A DNA stretch of 63,224 nucleotides, filler included, from Octopus bimaculoides (Eukaryota), in assembly GCF_001194135.2 (NCBI RefSeq). It is 3 parts of 3 records of this genome, joined end to end, with 100 filler letters (N's around TTAATTAATTAA, not from the genome) between each part and the next. Parts side by side here need not be neighbours in the genome. Positions count along the whole stretch, not along the records: positions 28,137 to 46,804 come from NC_068990.1; 2 more parts are not named here. One strand, given 5' to 3'. Positions within the stretch are counted from its first letter, which is position 1, and each line of letters begins with the position of its first letter. The notes beneath the pieces were generated by a model. It made no database searches. It worked only from the letters and a program-made list of their open reading frames with translations, and was not told where the DNA came from. The position numbers and the translations under genes were made by a program. Shown one piece after another: positions 35,281 through 46,436 of this stretch.

Positions 35281-36797
35281 NNNNNNNNNNNNNNNNNNNN
35301 NNNNNNNNNNNNNNNNNNNNNNNNNNNNNNNNNNNNNNNNNNNNNNNNNNNNNNNNNNNNNNNNNNNNNNNNNNNNNNNNNNNNNNNNNNNNNNNNNNNN
35401 NNNNNNNNNNNNNNNNNNNNNNNNNNNNNNNNNNNNNNNNNNNNNNNNNNNNNNNNNNNNNNNNNNNNNNNNNNNNNNNNNNNNNNNNNNNNNNNNNNNN
35501 NNNNNNNNNNNNNNNNNNNNNNNNNNNNNNNNNNNNNNNNNNNNNNNNNNNNNNNNNNNNNNNNNNNNNNNNNNNNNNNNNNNNNNNNNNNNNNNNNNNN
35601 NNNNNNNNNNNNNNNNNNNNNNNNNNNNNNNNNNNNNNNNNNNNNNNNNNNNNNNNNNNNNNNNNNNNNNNNNNNNNNNNNNNNNNNNNNNNNNNNNNNN
35701 NNNNNNNNNNNNNNNNNNNNNNNNNNNNNNNNNNNNNNNNNNNGCTCCTCCTGCTCCTCTCCCCCCTCTCCTCCTCCTCCACCTCCTCCTCCTCCTCCTC
35801 CTCCTACTACTACTTTCATGATCTCTGTGTGAGTAACATTACTCTTTGCCTGCCACCAAACCTAGTATAGACATTCGTTCTCCACCTCTTGTATTATCTC
35901 TCTATATACTATGTAAAGCACGACTGGAGAAATCAATCAACCAAACCAACATTCATGTCAGCTGTAATGATATAGCAATATCGTTCCATGCTTCTTGGAC
36001 AATGTTAAGCAGATGTCTAGCTCTCTAGAGCTTGCACTCAGAACATGATGAACTAAATTCTTCTTAATATTACAAATGTTGTGCAAGCCAGTGAGGGAGC
36101 CTTTACATGGTCTTTCAATCTGCTAGAAAAGCAGCTGAATCCTCTCATATCACCCCCACTACCATCTTACAAAGTGGAAGGACAAATTAGATAAAGAAGC
36201 CATTCAGTGCTTGAATTAATTCGTGTTTCATGTCTTTTCAATCAGAACCTGACATAGACTAAATACCACCGCCGCTACCACCACCACCGCCACCACCACC
36301 ACGAACACCACCACCACCACCACCAATAACAACAACAACACCACCACCACTGTCACCATCACTACCAACCGCTAGAGCTATGCATTTATATGAGAGGATC
36401 TCTCAAGGTGAATACTGCAGTAATACAGTGTTCTAACAATACATTTATGTTAAGTAGGATACATAAAGACTGCTATTAGTATTAATACTGCTTCCATTGC
36501 TAGTATTTATTTTTTAAAGAGCCTGCTGGTTATTTGCAACATTAGTGACTGAACAGTCACTGTTTTTCTACATTTCTTTAGCAGTGGAATTTGGCTGAGA
36601 TGTGGTGAGTGGATGCCTGCTACTGATGAAGCACATGTACACTGAAACCATGTGTTCTAGCAGTTCTGCCATCAATGCTAGACAATTTTCAACTATTTAT
36701 GATACGTCTGTGCTTTTAGCACTATGCATTTATATGAGAGGATCTCTCAAGGTGAATACTGAAATAATAAAGTGTTGTAACAATATAACCACATTAA

Positions 36798-37004
36798 AAG
36801 GCAGCGACATAAGTTAGCATGGTGGGGGAAATGCTTAATGGTATTTTGTCTGTCTTTATGTTCTGAGTTCAAATTCCGCCGAGGTCGACTTTGCCTTTTG
36901 TCCTTTCGGGGTTGATAGATTAAGTACCAGTTGCATACTGGGGTCGATCTAATCGACTGGCCAACTCTCCAGAAATTTCAGGCCTTGTGTCTAGAGTAGA
37001 AAAG
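36798..37004 (+). mobile_element. Family D SINE with a 16-bp TSD
   Basis: Full head-to-tail copy flanked by AATATAACCACATTAA (36782-36797) and AATATACCCACATTAA (37005-37020). Confidence 0.9.
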
Positions 37005-37299
37005 AATATACCCACATTAAGTATGATACAGAGACTGCTAACATCTGCTATGTCTTGTCACCTGTGGAGGCCAAAAACTGAAGATCCAGTGTTTTTCAAT
37101 AAATAAATAGTACTCTGTTGATTTAAAGCAATACTGACTCCGTAGATATTCCACAGTTTAAGCAGATGTCTGTAGGTGTGTGTACGTGTGTGCTGATAGC
37201 ATTTGTATGTGTGTGAGTGTGTGTCTATTTGTAGCATTTGTTAGAATCTCTCGCTCTCTCTTTCTATCCTACACACACTTTAATTTTTTTTTTATTAAG

Positions 37300-37436
37300 A
37301 TGACATGGTTCCGGGTTCATTCCTACTGCGTGGCACCTTGGGCAAGTGTCTTCTACTGTAGCCTCGGGCCGACCAAAGCCATGTGAGTGGATTTGGTAGA
37401 CGGAAACTGAAAGAAGCCTGCCGTATATATATACAC

Positions 37437-37472
<36 letters not shown>

Positions 37473-37696
37473 TTGTGTGTGTGTGTGTATATGTTTGTGT
37501 ATCTGTGTTTGTTCCCCCACCATCGCTTGACAACCGATGCTGGTGTGTTTACGTCCCCGTAACTTAGTGGTTCAGCAAAAGAGACCGATAGAATAAGTAC
37601 TAGGCTTACAAAGAATAAGTCCTGGGGTCGATTTGCTCGACTAAAGGCGGTGCTCCAGCATGGCTGCAGTCAAAGGACTGAAACAAGTAAAGAGTA
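37300..37696 (+). mobile_element. Family C (CORE) SINE, slightly 5'-truncated
   Basis: Colinear and near-identical to about 1920-2290. Confidence 0.92.
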
Positions 37697-37929
37697 TGAC
37701 TGAATGAAATTTCAGAAGGATTTGGCTGTTGTTTCTAGCATATTGGATGACCTTATTGACCTGCTGAGTAACGGAGTTGGCAAAAATGGCAAAGGGCCAG
37801 CACATATTATATAATGCCTTTAGTAGTGTTTAGCTATTTACCTTTGTATGTTGAGATAATGCCCTGCTGGGGTTGATTTCACACTTCATTCCACTGTCTG
37901 CATGTCGGTGGGAAGGTTGGCAAAAGAAT

Positions 37930-37991
<62 letters not shown>

Positions 37992-38373
37992 ATATACATA
38001 CACATACATATATCGAAGTTCAAGTTAATCAACTATATCCTTTCTTGACTAATTTGTGGCTTTGTGCCAATGTATAAGTAAAAAAAATGCCTCCCTCTCT
38101 CTCTTTCTCGTTCTTATTCACATATACTTACACACTCAGACACAGCACATATACACACACACACATACACACACAACTCTCTGCTCATAGGATTTAATTA
38201 AGTTTATGACTTTGTAGTCATCAGAAGTATAAATTAGCTATATTGTGTTGATAATGTTTACACAAAATGGAAGCGGGGCTGTTTGTGTAAGACAACATTT
38301 TAACATATAAAGGAAAATGGGGAAAAAAGAAATATTGGTTCCTGTCAGTAAATATATAGAAAGAAATAGTAAC

Positions 38374-38409
<36 letters not shown>

Positions 38410-38844
38410 CATAAAAGTAATGATAATGGTTTAAAGAAAGAGGAAAAGAATGAGAATGTGTTGCAAGGGAAATAAAGAGAAAGCAATGGTTTTGTATAAT
38501 GAAGGGCTAAACAGAATCAATAATCTATGTTAAGCTAAGTGGACATTTGTGTAATTGGTATTGATCTGCTTAAAGGGGTTGGGGAAAAAAATGACAGATT
38601 AGCTTGTTGACCAGATGCTCTGAATGACGTCCAGTCACACATATCATGTCCACACACATTTTAACGCGTCACTCGACCTGACCTGCTAGAAATAGCAGTC
38701 AAATTTCTCTCAAATCATAACCTACTACTCTATATAAAGAAAGAATGATGTAAGCTAATGAGACAGCCTCTATATGGTTGCTCAATCTGCTAGAAATAGC
38801 AGCTAAATCTTCCTCAGCTCACTCCTTACTATCCTAAATAATCA

Positions 38845-39052
38845 TTTCTACTACAGTCACAAGGCCTGAAATTTGAGGGGAAGGAGGTTAGTCGATTACA
38901 TCATCTCCAGTGTTCAACTCGTACTTATTTTACCAACCCCCAAAAGGCAGAGTTGACCTCAGTGTAATTTGAACTCAAAACATAAAGGCAAAAGAAATCC
39001 TGCTAAGCTTTTCACTCAGTGTGCTGACGATTCTGCGAGCTCGCCACCTTAA
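38845..39052 (-). mobile_element. Family D SINE
   Basis: CACAAGGCCTGAAATTTG...GAGTTGACCTCAGTGTAATTTGAACTC...CTCGCCACCTT. Confidence 0.85.
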
Positions 39053-39953
39053 TTATTGCCCTAAATAAGGAACAATGTATGCCAACAAAGCAGCTTACAT
39101 GTGGTTGTTCACTTTGCTAGAAATAACAGCCAAATCTCTCTCAAATCACATCCTACTTGCCCTAAATGAAGAACAATGTAAGACAATGAGGCAACCTCTG
39201 TGTGGTTGCTCAACCTGTTAGAAATAGCAGCCAAAACTCCTACCATCTTGCATGAAAGACATGGAGAGATTATATAGTCCAGCACACACATTTATACTAT
39301 ACCTTCACTCAGTTGAGGGAACTTTTTCTTTGTCTTGTAAATTACTTAGTGCTGGTACCACAAAAATAGCACCGGGTACACTCTGTAGAGTTGGCATTAG
39401 GAAGAGCATCCAAGTATGGAGACCATTCCAAAGCAGTCCTCTAGCTTCTTGAATCCTGTCAAACCATCCAACCAGCATAGAAGATAGACATTTCATGATG
39501 ATAATGATAAAGTTATTCTGTTGGGATATTTTAAATTTCAAGCATATGCATAAAGAAGAAGCTTTGTTTCCCGAGACATTAATTACTAAAGAATGATGGC
39601 AGGTATGTGACAGCTGTGTATGTTTAAAACCAATAGAAGCTTGCTGTTATTGATTTATTTCAAAAGACTCTGTTCGCTAGAGGCTTATCTCTATTATGTG
39701 GTGTTTATTACGGTTTATTTAGACTTGGATTCAAGCATAAGTTGAACAATTTACAACTTAGAATGTCACATTCTGAAGAGTCTTTCAAAGTCTTAGATTT
39801 TAAAAAATTTTATTTTAATTTTTATTGGAGAATTAATTTGATCCAATCAACCTAATTAACAACACTTTGGGCAAGTGTCTTCTATTATAGCCTTGGGCAA
39901 ACCAAAGCTTTATGAATAGATTTGGTAGACAGAAACTGTAAAAAAGCCCATTG

Positions 39954-39991
<38 letters not shown>

Positions 39992-40151
39992 CACACACAC
40001 ATGCACGCACACACGCGAGCACACTCACACACGCAAGGGGTTAAATCGATTACATCGACCCCCCCCCCAATGTTCAACAGGTACTTATTTTCCTGGCCTG
40101 AATGGATGAACAGCAGAGTCAACTCGCTAGAATTTGAACACAAAATGTGCT

Positions 40152-40450
40152 ACTGGCACTTCAAGTGGTTACGACGATGAGGGTTCCAGTTGATTTGATC
40201 AACGGAACAGCCCACTCGTGAAATTAATGTGGCTAAGCATTCCACAGACATTCATACCCCTTAACATGGTCCTCAAGGAAATTCAGCATGACACAAAATA
40301 CGACAAGTAACTACACATTTTTGCCAGCTGAGTGGAATGGAGCAACATGAAATAAAGTGTCTTGCTCAAGGTCGCAATGTGCCATCAGGGATGAAACTCA
40401 GGACCTTATGATCATGAGCCAATTACTCTAACCACTGAGCCACACACCTT
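40152..40450 (-). mobile_element. Composite SINE: family B head joined to family A 3' body
   Basis: 40310-40450 matches the head at 489-630; 40152-40308 matches the 3' body at about 17770-17897 and 25255-25410. Confidence 0.75.
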
Positions 40451-40544
40451 CACTTCACAGTGTGAAGAGATGGAAGAAATATTGCTAAGCATTTGGTGCA
40501 GTGTGTGAAGGATTCTGCCAGCTCAGCACCTTAAAAATAATTCT

Positions 40545-40930
40545 TTTCTTTTATTTTTTTATTTGATTCAGTCATTTGACTGCGGCCATGCTGGAGCACC
40601 ACCTTTAGTCGAGCAAATCGACCCCAGGACTTATTCTTTGTAAGCCTAGTACTTATTCTATCAGCCTCTTTTGCCGAACCGCTAAGTTACGGGGACGTAA
40701 ACACTCCAGCATCGGTTGTCAAGTGATGTTGGGAGGACAAACACAGACACACAAATACACACACACACGACGAGCTTCTTTCAGTTTCCATATACCAAAT
40801 CCACTCACAAGGCTTTGGTCGGCCCGAGGCTATAGTAGAAGACACTTGCCAAGGTGCCACACAGTAGGGCTGAACCCGGAACCATGTGGCTGGTAAGCAA
40901 GCTACTTACCACACAGCCACTCCTATGCCT
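40545..40930 (-). mobile_element. Family C (CORE) SINE, full length
   Basis: Reverse complement of 1876-2290, including head and tail. Confidence 0.93.
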
Positions 40931-41615
40931 ATAATAATTATCATTATTATTTCAAATTTTTGTCACAAGGGCTGCTTGGGGGAGATGAAGATGATGCGAT
41001 TACATCGACCCCAGTGTTCAACTGGTACTTATTTTATTGGCTCTGAAAGGATGAAAGGCAAAGTTGACCTCAGTGGAATTTGAACTCAGAATGGAGTGAC
41101 AAGCGAAACACCATTAAGTATTTCATCCATTGTGCTAATGATTCTGTCAGCTCACCGACTTAAATAATAATAATAATAATAATAATAATGATAATAATAA
41201 TAAAAATAATAATAATGATAATCCTTTCTACTATAGGCACAAGGCCTGAAATTTGTGAGGAGGGGTTTAGTCGATTACATCGACTCCGAAAGGATGAAAG
41301 GCAAAGTTGACCTTGGCAGAATTTGAACTCAGAACATAGCGATGAGCGAAATACCACTAAGCATTTCATCTATTGTGCTAATGATTCTGCCAGATCACCA
41401 CCTTAAACAATAATAATAATAACAATAATCCTTTCTACTGGAAGCTCAAGGCCTCAAATTTGGGGGAAGGGATTAAGTTGATTACCTCAACCCCAGTGTG
41501 TAATTGGTACTTATTTAATTAGCCCCAAGAGGATGAAAGGCAAAGTCAACTTCGGTGGAATTTGAACTCAGAACATAGCAACAGACGAAATACCACTAAG
41601 CAATTCGCCTGGCAT
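40931..41615 (-). mobile_element. Head-to-tail array of three family D SINEs separated by (TAA)n
   Basis: Bodies at about 40951-41161, 41223-41404 and 41429-41615, each with AAAGGCAAAGT(T/C)(G/A)AC(C/T)T...GAATTTGAACTCAG. Confidence 0.9.
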
Positions 41616-41878
41616 NNNNNNNNNNNNNNNNNNNNNNNNNNNNNNNNNNNNNNNNNNNNNNNNNNNNNNNNNNNNNNNNNNNNNNNNNNNNNNNNNNNNN
41701 NNNNNNNNNNNNNNNNNNNNNNNNNNNNNNNNNNNNNNNNNNNNNNNNNNNNNNNNNNNNNNNNNNNNNNNNNNNNNNNNNNNNNNNNNNNNNNNNNNNN
41801 NNNNNNNNNNNNNNNNNNNNNNNNNNNNNNNNNNNNNNNNNNNNNNNNNNNNNNNNNNNNNNNNNNNNNNNNNNNNNN

Positions 41879-41920
<42 letters not shown>

Positions 41921-41921
41921 T

Positions 41922-42062
41922 TGTGGTGATGTGTGGCCTAGTGGTTAGGACATTGCACTCAGGGTCACTAGATCAGGGGTTTGATTCCTGGACTAGGTGG
42001 CACATTCTGTTCTTGAGTAAAACATTTCATTCTACGTTGCTCCAGTTCACTCAGATGTAAAT
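41922..42062 (+). mobile_element. Family B SINE head
   Basis: A box TGGCCTAGTGG, B box GGTTTGATTCC, then TGTTCTTGAGTAAAACA...CACTCAGATGTAAATGG. Confidence 0.75.
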
Positions 42063-42616
42063 GGATTGATTAATGTACAAAGGTTAGATGGTCACTCAGT
42101 TGAAACTACCCAAATGTAGGTCTTGCCAGCCACATTTTGTATTCAGTAATTGAAAGGATGAATAGTACAACCTGTCCTGTGAATCCTGGCTGGTTGGGAT
42201 TTGTTGTTCAACCACATTGAATAGTTATTATTTCTGCTACATACACATGATCTGAAGTTTTGTTGGAAGGGAAAATCCTGCTGGATATTGAATTTCTCCT
42301 TTCTGATTCACCACAGTGTTTATAGTTTTATTGCTATGACTGTTTAATAGATGTTCCTGGAACAATTACCAGCTGATTCAGTAGTCCATAAAAGTTTTCT
42401 TTGCATAACCATTTTGTGTTAGTTTATGATGCTGTACATTGAGGACCACCTTTGATATCAGTTCATCTACTGTTTTAATTACTGCAGATCCATGGTGCCA
42501 AAACTGTCAGAAGGAAATCTTCCCTTTTCAATTTGTAACAAAATTTTGGTAAAATGATTAAAGAGCTGATCTTCAAAAAAAGACTGATTTATGCTTGTAG
42601 ACAAGTTTGAAGATTC

Positions 42617-42833
42617 TGACTCTTTAGAAATCAAATTCCTCTGTCAAATGTAATGTTTATTTATTTGCATTGTTTTGAATTTATCATCAATTATCTTGTA
42701 GCTTCAATATTTTGATGATGTAATTGTTTATTTTTAGATTGTCGTTATAGTGTAGAAGTGAGAGGCCAGATCTGGCCAGTTTGAACATAAAACAGGTAGA
42801 ATATTTTGGCTGGTTTAAATGTTAAAGGAGTAA
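42617..42833. mobile_element. Decayed MITE, possibly piggyBac-type
   Basis: Ends (T)GACTCTTTAG and GTTAAAGGAGTAA resemble a decayed TTAACCCTTTAG / CTAAAGGGTTAA pair; internal palindrome GGCCAGATCTGGCC. The family assignment is from recollection. Confidence 0.45.
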
Positions 42834-42927
42834 CATTTATCTAAAATGAGTGCAGATTTGGTTCATTTGGGGATTACTGGCAGGGTCTGATGGAAGTCTC
42901 CTAACAAAGCTACTTGTACATTTCCCA

Positions 42928-43099
42928 GTAAAAGCGCCCACTACACTCTCGGAGTGATTGGCATTAGGAAGGGCATCCAGCTGTAGAAACCCTGCCAGAT
43001 CAGATTGGAGCTTCGTGCAGCCTTCTGGCTTGCCAGTCCTCAGTCAAATCGTCCAATCCATGCTAGCATGGAAAGCGGACATTAAACAATGATAATAAT
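42928..43099 (+). mobile_element. Family E SINE 3' fragment
   Basis: Matches 35140-35280 and ends GGAAAGCGGACATTAAACAATGATAAT. Confidence 0.85.
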
Positions 43100-43171
43100 G
43101 TATTGTCTCACTTTTCCACTTTATTTCAATAACACATAACAATGTTTTATTAATTTTTTTATTCATTACAG

Positions 43172-43355
43172 TTTATAGAGTTTCCAGGTAATGATCAGAA
43201 AAAGAAGGCTACGAAAAGAGGCTTTCTTCCCACTTTGCCACTATCAAGAGCTACTCCTTCATTTTCCACCTATAAACCAAAATACTCCATTACTGAAGAA
43301 AGTCTAGCAGAACATGAAGCAACAAGTGAAAAGTTGTTAATTGATCTGCAAGCAA
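43172..43355 (+). CDS. Internal coding exon of an unknown protein (FIEFPGNDQKKKATKRGFLPTLPLSRATPSFSTYKPKYSITEESLAEHEATSEKLLIDLQA)
   Basis: Acceptor TTTTTTTATTCATTACAG, donor GCAA/GTATGT, 184 nt open in phase 0 to phase 1, non-repetitive protein-like composition. Confidence 0.6.
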
Positions 43356-43422
43356 GTATGTTCATTTTATGCTTGGTTATAATTATTTTGCCATTACACA
43401 CCTCGGTAAAATGTGTACAATA

Positions 43423-44626
43423 CAAGGCACATTCAAAAAGGTTTGAACCTTTTTTTAGGAGAGAATTTATAAATTTCAAAGAAGTACAAAACTCTAATCT
43501 TTTTCAAAGTAGGATCCTCTGACTTCAGTGCCCCTGTAGCATTCCAGCCACTCTGTGAAGGGCCCCATGAAAAGCCTCCAAAGGAAAGATGTCCAGGATT
43601 CATGTTGCAGCTTCCTTCATTATCTAAATGACTGCCCCTGAGGTTCCCCCAAAAGCTTAGGGAACAACCAAAAGTCACAGGAAGAAAGGTCTGGACTGTA
43701 GGGAGGGTGAGGGACAGTTTTGATGCCTATTTTTGCCAAATAGTTGGTTAGCAGGATGGAATTGTAGATTGGTGTGTTGTCCTGAATGGAAGAGCTCTGG
43801 CATTTTGTGAAAAAAATCTCTTCCTGAACTCCCATCTTTGTTGACCATCTGACCAGAGAGAACCCAAGGGACCCTTGTGGGACCCCAGCGAACCCTTGCA
43901 GGATCATCATGAACTTCCTGGTGGACTTGCTTTGCCTGGCCTTCTTGGGTGAGGGGAAGCCAGGATGCTTCCATTGGGCACATTGTCTCTTGGTCTCTGG
44001 CTCATAACAATAGATCCAGTTTTCATCAGGGGCCACTAGAGACTCAAGTACTCTTACATTGAAGTTATTGAGCTCAACCATCTCCCTGCTGTCATCATGG
44101 AAGCTTTCCTTCTTTTCATCACTGAGCACCCTAGGAACAGACTTTGCATAAATTTTACACATGTTCAGATTTTCAGGAATAATTCTGTGTACAGTTGCCA
44201 TACCAACTACGAATTGTATGTTTATTGTCTTTACAAACACAATGGTCTTCATCCAGAAGATTGCAAATTTTCTCAGAAAGCTGTGACATGCCTCTCGTTC
44301 CCACACTTCTCATTGTCTCTAACTTCCTCTCTCTCTACCATCCTTGAACCTTTTGTGCCAATGAAAAACAGATGCTCAGCTCCATACATGTTAATCCAGA
44401 AGCAGTCTGGAGCATGTCTTATGTTTCTGTAGTGCTTTTGTCCAGCTAAACACAAAACTTTATTGCATAACGAGCTTCCAGATTGTGTTTATGTCCTGAG
44501 TGCATTCTGCAAACTAGTCAACTGTGACAAGCAATGATTAGCAAGGTGTGTCCAAACTGCTGTTACAGTTGTCTCTTTAGTCAGGAATAATTAAAAGTCA
44601 GCAGGTCAGCTTATCAGGTGTATTGT
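43423..44626 (-). mobile_element. Near full-length decayed mariner element (D,D34D)
   Basis: HTH remnant (WHKRFKDGRE) and PDENWIYCYEPETKRQCAQW. From QDNT to SPDLSSCDF there are exactly 34 residues between the last two Asp. TA plus CAAGGCACATTCAAAAAG terminus at 43421. The middle of the catalytic domain is deleted; the right end is approximate. Confidence 0.9.
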
Positions 44627-44719
44627 AATGATATATTAAAATTACAATAATATATATGTGTATGTATGTGCATCTGTGTGTGTATGTATATATATATATA
44701 TGTGTGTGTATATATATAT

Positions 44720-44765
<46 letters not shown>

Positions 44766-45137
44766 NNNNNNNNNNNNNNNNNNNNNNNNNNNNNNNNNNN
44801 NNNNNNNNNNNNNNNNNNNNNNNNNNNNNNNNNNNNNNNNNNNNNNNNNNNNNNNNNNNNNNNNNNNNNNNNNNNNNNNNNNNNNNNNNNNNNNNNNNNN
44901 NNNNNNNNNNNNNNNNNNNNNNNNNNNNNNNNNNNNNNNNNNNNNNNNNNNNNNNNNNNNNNNNNNNNNNNNNNNNNNNNNNNNNNNNNNNNNNNNNNNN
45001 NNNNNNNNNNNNNNNNNNNNNNNNNNNNNNNNNNNNNNNNNNNNNNNNNNNNNNNNNNNNNNNNNNNNNNNNNNNNNNNNNNNNNNNNNNNNNNNNNNNN
45101 NGGACCAAAACGCATATAATCATGCGTTTTGCTCCAT

Positions 45138-45196
<59 letters not shown>

Positions 45197-45478
45197 TGGG
45201 GAAGAGATTGAAAGGAAGCATAATTTTCAACAAGTTAGTGAAATGCAATGCACAAAAGAAAAAAATGATATTATTTTTATGAAGCTAAGAAAGTGAAGCT
45301 TAGGTGTCTAGATATAGTTATTACATGCAATAATTGTTGAAGCAGTGGGGTACCTCTGAAAGAATTTTATTGTCACGTAAGGTTTAAATCAGGATACACA
45401 GCAGTGGTTTCCGGTTGTTTTTTTCCTGACTAATTTCTGCATTTCCGTTGAGGATTTTCAAATGTGTATTTTCTCCAG

Positions 45479-45507
45479 GAAATGAGCAATACATTTTTAT
45501 GGATTAA
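45479..45507 (+). CDS. Candidate terminal coding exon (R)NEQYIFMD*
   Basis: Branch-like CTGACTAAT at about 45426, acceptor TGTGTATTTTCTCCAG, phase 1 compatible with 43355, AATAAA at 45543-45548. Confidence 0.45.
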
Positions 45508-45786
45508 TATATAAATTTTGTTACTCGAGCTGACATAATATAAATAAATGTCTTTTACTTTTTTCCTCTCTTTTGTTTCCCATTTCAACATGTACGTTAA
45601 GTTCATATATTTTGACAGAAGATACTGTCATTTAGTTTGAGGTCAAACCTGGTCAAACAGACATTAGATTCTTCTGACTGGGGATATTCATGTCTTTTTG
45701 TAAATTGTCTTAGCAATAGATTTTCTTTTTTTTTTTCATAATGTTTAGGTGGGTATGATTTGAGGCAAGAGGGGCTTGCTCGCTCT

Positions 45787-45836
<50 letters not shown>

Positions 45837-46055
45837 ACACACACACACACATACACACACACACACATACACACACACACATACACACACACACACACAC
45901 ATGTTCTCTCTGTCTATCTTTCTTTACCACCCTCTTTCCCTTGTCTCTCTCTTCTTCTTCTCTTTCCCCCTGTCCTCTCTCTCATTCTCTCTCTCTCATT
46001 CTCTCTCTCTCATTCTCTCTCTCTCATTCTCTCTCTCTCATTTTCTCTCTCTCAT

Positions 46056-46115
<60 letters not shown>

Positions 46116-46436
46116 TCTGTCTGTTTGTCTGTCTCTCTCTCTTTCGTTTATTTTAAAAGAAAATTGTATTACTTGGCATAAACTTTTGGGCTAATATTCC
46201 GGTAACTGGACAACTTAGGTGGTAAATACCTTGCAATTAATTATACAAATAAAGAATGGAACGTGTTGTAGCATGTTTTCCATTTTCTGATAAGTGAACT
46301 CAAATCTATCACAGATAATGCCATTGCAAAACAGTCAAGTAAAAAAATAAACAAAAACAAACAAACAAAAACAAAACAAAAAAAACAAATCAAAGAATTT
46401 TCAAGGAAATTTTCTGTTGGCATTAATTATAGTGTA

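Noticed and set aside
39540-39605. AG...CAG/GTATGT exon candidate in the putative intron
   Set aside because: All three frames contain a stop before the donor, so it cannot be part of the 75-aa model.
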